A program made the translations under genes and the position numbers. Below the pieces are notes generated by a model. It was not told the DNA's origin, ran no database searches, and saw nothing but the letters and a program-made list of their open reading frames with translations. Source: the human T2T-CHM13v2.0 reference genome, Homo sapiens. Taken from it: a stretch of DNA of 64,000 nt. Shown piece by piece: positions 56,879 to 64,000 of the stretch. Position 1 is the stretch's first letter. Every line of letters starts with the position of its first letter. Location: the NCBI RefSeq assembly GCF_009914755.1, contig NC_060946.1, one strand, 5' to 3'.

Positions 56879-57644
56879 CCCACCCACTAGAAGGGAGATA
56901 GAGGATGTAAAGTCCTGAGAAAGAAAACAAATTTAGTTAAGAGAAAGGAGTAAAAATAACATGCAGTTAAGAGGCTGAAGATGAAGGAAGTTTGCTCACT
57001 GTGCAACAGGAAAAAATGGGACAGTCTATGAGGAGCCACCGGAAGATCGGAATGGAAGAGAAAAAGTATAAAGTCAGTTAGGCCTGACAACAGAGGAATA
57101 TACAGATGGCCACAAGTATTTACATTCTGGATGCTGACCAAGGAGTGCAGAGTTGAAAGAATGGTCTGTTTGGGTATTGCAAGGTTTCTTTAAAAGATAA
57201 AAAAAATTAGTCCAAAGAATTCCTTAACAGAAAATTGGAGGGAGGCAGGAGGACTTGGGCCTTTGGACAGGAGTCAGCATCAGCCAGGTTTAAGTGAGCT
57301 TTTAGGAGTCACAGTCAGAAGAGCAGAGGAGAACAGGGTAATCCAAATACCATGTCACCTACCAAACATTGAAAACAATGGCAGCTCTGGTCACTGGAGA
57401 GAGGAAGAACCCTGAGATTCTGCAAGGAAGAAACCACGGCCTAAAATATCTATTTTGCCAAAGCAAACAAGAAAACTCTCTGAATGAAGTTACTTATGAT
57501 GTGGACCGACTCAGGCTGACAAGAACGGGCACCAGATTCAGGTTTCTGGCACCTCCGATAATGACTGATGAACTAATAAAAATGAGGCCTCAAGATTCAA
57601 GAACTTGGATACCTCTAATCAAAAATAAAAATTAACAAATCAAA

Positions 57645-57880
57645 CAATTACTTTTTTACACACCTAATATATGTAACCACTCCTGTGGCTAAGTGCTTTA
57701 CTTGCAATATCTCATTAGTTCTCACAACTCTGTGAGGTAGAAACTATTATTAACATTTTACAGATGAAGGAACTGAGCCTCAGAGAAATTGAGAAACTTG
57801 CCTAAGGTAATAAATCTATTAAACAGCAAAGTCAATAGGACTCTAAACCCCAAACTCTTAACCACTGAGCTCCACTTGAC
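57645..57880 (-). mobile_element. MIR
   Basis: CATTTTACAGATGAAGGAACTGAGCCTCAGAGAAATTGAGAAACTTGCCTAAGGT. Confidence 0.8.
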
Positions 57881-58036
57881 TCTTACCTTGCCACACCAGC
57901 GGATGTTGCCAATATGCTTAAGATATATCCTCTGAAATATACAACTCAAAGTATCATTACTAGCAGAGGGAACGCAAAGAAATAAAAGGCATGGTCCTCA
58001 AGAAAATTAACTCTGCTTAGAGAGACAACAGATAAC

Positions 58037-58068
58037 CACACACACACATACACATACACACACACACA
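58037..58068. repeat. Imperfect (CA)n
   Basis: CACACACACACATACACATACACACACACACA. Confidence 0.85.
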
Positions 58069-59112
58069 AGTAACAATTCGAAACTATGTTTAAGTATTCA
58101 ACTAATGACAAAGATGACAAGGATACAGAAGATAACAGAATGTAGATTCAAGAGTTCTTTAAGTCTCTGTCCAAGGCAACAAACTAACAATCCATTCATC
58201 TAGCCCGGCAGACTTCTCAAACTTAAGAGATAATTTTAAATTCCTTAGGAAATACCTGATTAAAGCTTACTAAAACACCAGAAAAAAAATGAAATCAAAT
58301 GGTTTTAACTGAATACTTATTCTCTTGATTCTTGAACCCTCTCATAACCCAACCACTTCCCATTATGATACCTAGTTTCCTTATAAAAAAGCTCCATTTT
58401 GACCCAAAGCAGATGGAAATTTACCTTTACTGATTATGTCTCCTGGGTCATTTATCCAATACGTCTTGCCTCTTGCTTCAGTATAAACTTCAGAAGTTCG
58501 AAGCTAAGCCAAAAACAAAACAGCTACAAGATGAAGGTTAGTAAGGATGAACCCACTCCTGGAAACATCTATGTCTCTGCCTTACAACTCTGAATTCCCT
58601 CACATCTTCCACTCAGCCTCGTATGTAAATGAACTCCCCTCCCTTTCCCTACTTGGAGGCAGAAAACAGGATACCTTGCTTTACTTTCAAACTTCTCAGA
58701 GGTAGGATGAGATACAGAATGGTTATTAAGTGCTCTGAATCTCAAGCAAAACATAACATACAAAAACATAATACAATACTGGTTTTAACATATTTACCAT
58801 GTAATGTCCAAACAGCTTTATTCCACTACTAAGAATCAACTAAGGAACACATAAGACAGAAAGGACATAACAGATGCATATACAAGTGTTAAAAGCCCAA
58901 GCAAAGCTAAATTCACCTTTGCGCCTCAAAAGGACCATTTTGATTACAGGTCAGAGTTTGCATCATCAAAATGAATCGAATTGTTCCAAGTAATACTGAA
59001 ATAGCAGCTGAGGGTAAAATGAACTTTAGCCACTGGACTCTGACCATCATCAGAGGCAGTTATTAAAACACAGGTATGTTAACAGGGGAAAATAGCAGAA
59101 AATAAAGGTGGA

Positions 59113-59442
59113 TGTAATGGTTTTAAAATATGCTCACAAAGTATTTGATACTACTCCATTCAAAAGGTAGGTCCTGCTTTTCCTCCCCTTAAGAGGAGCT
59201 AGACTTGCTTCTAACAGCATAAAGCAAAAATTTAAGTAGATCCTCCTGCCTCAGTCAAGCCTTCAGATAAATGCAGCCCAGTCAAAAGCTTGACTGAAAC
59301 CTCATGAGAGATCCTGGGACAGAACTACACAGCTAAGTTGTCTCAAATTTCTGACCTACAGAAACTATGAGATAATAAGTGTTTGTTGTTTGAAGCCAGT
59401 AAGTGTAGGGCTAATTTGTTACACAGCGAGAAATAACTAATA
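59113..59442 (+). mobile_element. MLT1F-like MaLR LTR, internally deleted
   Basis: TGTAATGGTTTTAAAATATG..CACAAA..TTTGATACT...; 3' AGTCAAGCCTTCAGAT...TTTGTTACACAGC..ATAACTAATA. Confidence 0.8.
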
Positions 59443-59491
59443 GGGAGGGTATGTTGTAGTGCACTGTGTTATGAATCCCAAACTGCCATTA

Positions 59492-59758
59492 TGGGAGGTC
59501 GAGGCAGATAGATCACTTAAGGTCAGGAGTTTAAGACCAGCCTGGCCAACATGGTAAAACCCCTTCTCTACTAAAAATACAAAATTTAGCCAGGTGCTGT
59601 GGCAGGCACCCGTAATCCCAGTTACTCAGGAGGCTGAGGCAGGAGAATCACCTGAACCCAGGAGGCAAAGGTTGCAGGGAGCCAAGATTGCGCCACTGCA
59701 CTCCAGCCTGGGAGACAGAACGAGACTGTCTCGAAAAACAAAAAAACAAACAAAAAAA
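59492..59758 (+). mobile_element. Alu (S-like), 5'-truncated
   Basis: Begins at TGGGAGG; remainder of dimer intact. Confidence 0.92.
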
Positions 59759-60119
59759 TCATTAAAGGTCCCTCCAAAGTTCTGAAAACAAGGACTACCA
59801 GAAAGAAGCACACCAGTATTGTAGTAACTTCCCCTTCTAGTTTGAGCAAGCTAATAGGAATATAATGAGAGCCAGAAATATATGCCATTATGTAATTTAA
59901 AATTTTGTAGTAGCCATATTAAAAATGGTAAAAAAAAAAAGGTGAAACTAATTTTAAGAATATATTTTATTGAATCCAACACAGTTAAAATATTAGCATT
60001 TCAACATGTTGATTTTAAAACATACTCAATATTTTAAAAATCTCAACATAGTATCTTACATTCTTTTTTGTACTAATTCTTCTAAATCTAGTGTATAGTA
60101 TTTTACATTGAGTGCATCC

Positions 60120-60452
<333 letters not shown>

Positions 60453-60579
60453 TTTTTTATTTTTTATTATAATTTCATATAAGAACAGAGATGCGGGTCT
60501 CACTTTGTTGCCCAAGCGATCCTCCCACCTCAGCCTCTCAAAGTGCTGGGATTACAGGCATGAGCCACTGCACCCGGCC
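60453..60579 (-). mobile_element. Extra Alu left arm with internal deletion
   Basis: GGGTCTCACTTTGTTGCCCAAG|CGATCCTCCC...CACCCGGCC. Confidence 0.85.
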
Positions 60580-61216
60580 TGAGAGTGCAGCTCTATAGCC
60601 ACATGTGGCTACCGTATTACCATATTACACAGCAAGTCTAGAGGATTTCTTCTACAGCCTGTTACCCCTTCAGAAACATGAGTGTAGAGCCCAGGGAGGC
60701 AAAAGTAAAGAATGTTTTAGATAACTAAAGGATCCTTTTTATTGTCTTTACTGAGATATCTCATTTGAGCAGGTCCCAAGCTGGGAAAGGACAGCCTTCA
60801 TGAAAGAAAAGAAAGAGGGAAAGGACAGTGCTTACTGTTAGAAAGAGGAACAACTACTTTGAAGAACTGAAAAGAAACTAATACTTCCTACAAAACATCA
60901 AAACCAATCATCAGAGTATAGAGAACATCATCTACCTTTTTACGTGATATTCCCCTCAGCATTCAGTCACCCATTCATCTCATACACAGGCTACATCCAT
61001 TTGAAATGGAAAGATGCAGTTTGTTCCGAATAAGAAGGTTTGGAAGGAAATAAATGGGGAAAAACACTGAGTGAAAGAACATTTGCCTTTCTCCAAACAC
61101 AAAAACCTTCCCCATTTAACACATTTGCCTCCTCTCCGCCGGCAATGTTATCTCCTAGGATCATAGCTTTCAAGAATAAACCAAACCCAGAGCCTGCCGG
61201 GAGACAGTGATCCAAC

Positions 61217-61591
61217 TGATACGGTTTGGCTCTGTGTCCCCCACAAAATCTCATCTCAAATTGTAATCCCCACGTGTCAGAGGAGGGGCCTGGTGGGAGG
61301 TAACTGAATCATGGGGACAGACATCCCCCTTGATGTTCTCAGGATGAGTGAGTTCTCGAGTGATCGTTTAAAAGCATGTGGCACCTCCCCCTTCACACTC
61401 TCTCTCTCTCCTGCTCCACCATGGTTAAGATGTGCTTGCTTCCCCTTCTGCCATGATTGTAAGTTTCCTGAGGCCTCCCAGTCATGCCTCCTGTTAAGGC
61501 TTTGGAACTGTGAGTCAATTAAATCTCTTTTCTTCATAAATTACCCAGTCTCAGGTAGTTCTTTACAGCAGTGTGAGAACGGACTAATACA
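61217..61591 (+). mobile_element. THE1D-like MaLR solo LTR
   Basis: TGATACGGTTTGGCTCTGTGTCCCC...GGACTAATACA; perfect 5-bp TSD CCAAC. Confidence 0.92.
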
Positions 61592-62079
61592 CCAACAAGA
61601 AAATCTCTTCCAGTGCAACCAAGTCACCCTTTTCCTCCTCCTCCTCCTGCTTCTTGAGGAGCTAGATTCAGACGATTATGGAAAAAAGCCCAGCTGTGTG
61701 AGTCACTGCAGCCATCCCAAGGGGCCTGGGCAAAATCCAGAGGACAGCTGGAAACAGCTGTTGTGAGATCAACTGCAACTAGGAGGGAAGGAGGAAAAAG
61801 AGGATGAATTCATAGTTTATTACACATGATCCCATTCTGGCCTCAGCAAAGCTTGTTTTTATTTTCTCTCCCAAATGAAAAGTTTCTTCTCCCTTCTTAC
61901 TAAAGATTCTTCTTCTAACAAAGAAAATAATAATTGATTCACCAATAAAAACCTCCTGAGATCATTATCCAATCTACTATGGGGGATACCATTCCCCTCA
62001 CCCATATGTCTCCCACGGTACAGGATAAACAAGAATCCAACAGGTGAGGAAAGAATTATCTTAAAAAAAATATCTGTAA

Positions 62080-62480
<401 letters not shown>

Positions 62481-63457
62481 CTAGCAGAGAAATAGCCCCA
62501 AGGAAAGAGAGGTTGCTCTATGGTTCCTTACACGATAATATTATAAATGCTTTGTTGATTAAGGAAGAAATGTCAGAAGAGTGTTTATTTGCACAGCTAG
62601 AGGGCAACCAGCCTTAGGATGTCTAATCCCCTTTCCTATCAGCCAAAAAGATGTAGATCTCCACACATCAATCCTGAGGTCCTGAAGAAAATGGTGACTG
62701 ACACCACAAGTCCAGATACTGTGGTAAAATGAAGAGCAGGTACCTTTCCTAAGAAAGAACTTCTCAGAGTTTGATAGGTAAGGGAAGAATAGGGATTTAC
62801 TGGCATTTGATACAAACTAATATTGATTTAATGGGCTCTGATAATATGAGACTTAGGAAACTAATAAGCATTCTCCTCTACCTGGTCTTAACACACCCAG
62901 ACATCCACCCTTCAAAATCCCTGGGCTTACAGCTCAAATGGTTTTGATCAACACATATTCCTCAGTGGTCAGTCTTGGATTCTACAGTTCTTTCAGACAT
63001 TCACACAATAGAAGCGGTCATACCTTAAAATTTACCAGCCAAACCATACATGAGAATAGAAGAACTGCTGCCTTCAGAAGTCTAGAGATATATTTAAAAG
63101 CCAACAAAATCTCCTCTAACTCTCTCAGCTGCCCACCTGCCATCAATAACACTGTTCCTAAAGTAAGGTACAAAGGTTCAAAATCCCTCTATGCATTCTC
63201 TGCTCCCTAGTGTGGCCCTGTCACTACAGAACTTCAATTATTTCTTCCACAAATATTTTTAAATACTGTATTTACATTCCATCTCATTTCAATATATATA
63301 AGACCTCTTGCAACTAATTGCCAAAGAGAGCCACAGGAGATCCTGTAAATAGTGGAAGGAACTGAGATGCGGAGGGAGTATAGAGGAAAGTCTGAGTCAG
63401 CTCCCAAGGCCAAAGGAACACTTCCCTTGGCCTCCCAGGCTTAACATTAAAATAACT

Positions 63458-63764
63458 GTCGGATGCAGTGGCTCACACCTATAATCCTAGCACTTTGGGA
63501 GGTTGAGGCAGGAAGATCGCTAGAGCCCAGGAGTTTGAATCAGCCTGGGCAACACAGTGCCTAGGCTATAGTGCCTCATGGCTACAAAAAATAAATAAAA
63601 AATTACCCAGACATGGTGGCACACCTGTAGTCCCAGCCACTTAGGAGGCTTAGGTGGGAGGACTGCTTGAGCCTGAGAAGTCAAGGCTGCAGTGAGCCGT
63701 GACCGAACCACCACACTCCAGACTGGGTGACAGAGTGCGACCCTGTCTCAAAAAAATAAAATAA
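63458..63764 (+). mobile_element. Alu (J-like)
   Basis: Dimer with A-rich tail. Confidence 0.92.
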
Positions 63765-64000
63765 TGACATCTTTGTTAAAAAGATGTAAAAGTCAGAAAA
63801 AGTTTTTCAGTTGCCTTAGCTAACATTTTGCATCTCCCTCTTTTTCTCCTTTATGCTTCTCCTTTCCAAGTGTACAGCAAATCTAGAATTTTATACTAAA
63901 TTCTGATACAATTTTATATTATATATAGTTTTATCTTTCCCACCAATACAATAGCAAGGTATGACCCTATACCATATTTTACACCATCAACTTACCTTAT

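Noticed and set aside
61311-61766. 151-aa plus-strand ORF
   Set aside because: Mostly THE1 LTR sequence, which is non-coding.

Overview
Human (primate) genomic DNA: AT-rich, CpG-poor and dense in Alu, MIR, L2, old L1, hAT/TcMar DNA transposon and LTR relics. The window lies in the large 5' introns of RBFOX2 on the minus strand. The anchor is a 51-nt coding exon at 4608-4658 with canonical splice sites, encoding NEPLTPGYHGFPARDSQ, which I recognise as the RBFOX2 N-terminal segment; the ORF track misses it. A 42-nt, phase-compatible coding segment at 27326-27367 (MSSDSMDQPRNPCE, donor GAG|GTTGGT) looks like an alternative first exon. It has CCAAT and X-box-like motifs upstream, and G-runs plus a cluster of three UGCAUG (RBFOX) elements downstream. 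Nearly all listed ORFs are spurious readings of repeats. I cannot establish a new biological system. The best leads are regulatory: an internal promoter/first exon, possible RBFOX autoregulation, candidate poison exons, inverted-Alu structure and a possible THE1D-driven antisense transcript. Repeat names, subfamilies and boundaries were assigned by eye from remembered consensus sequences and are approximate.
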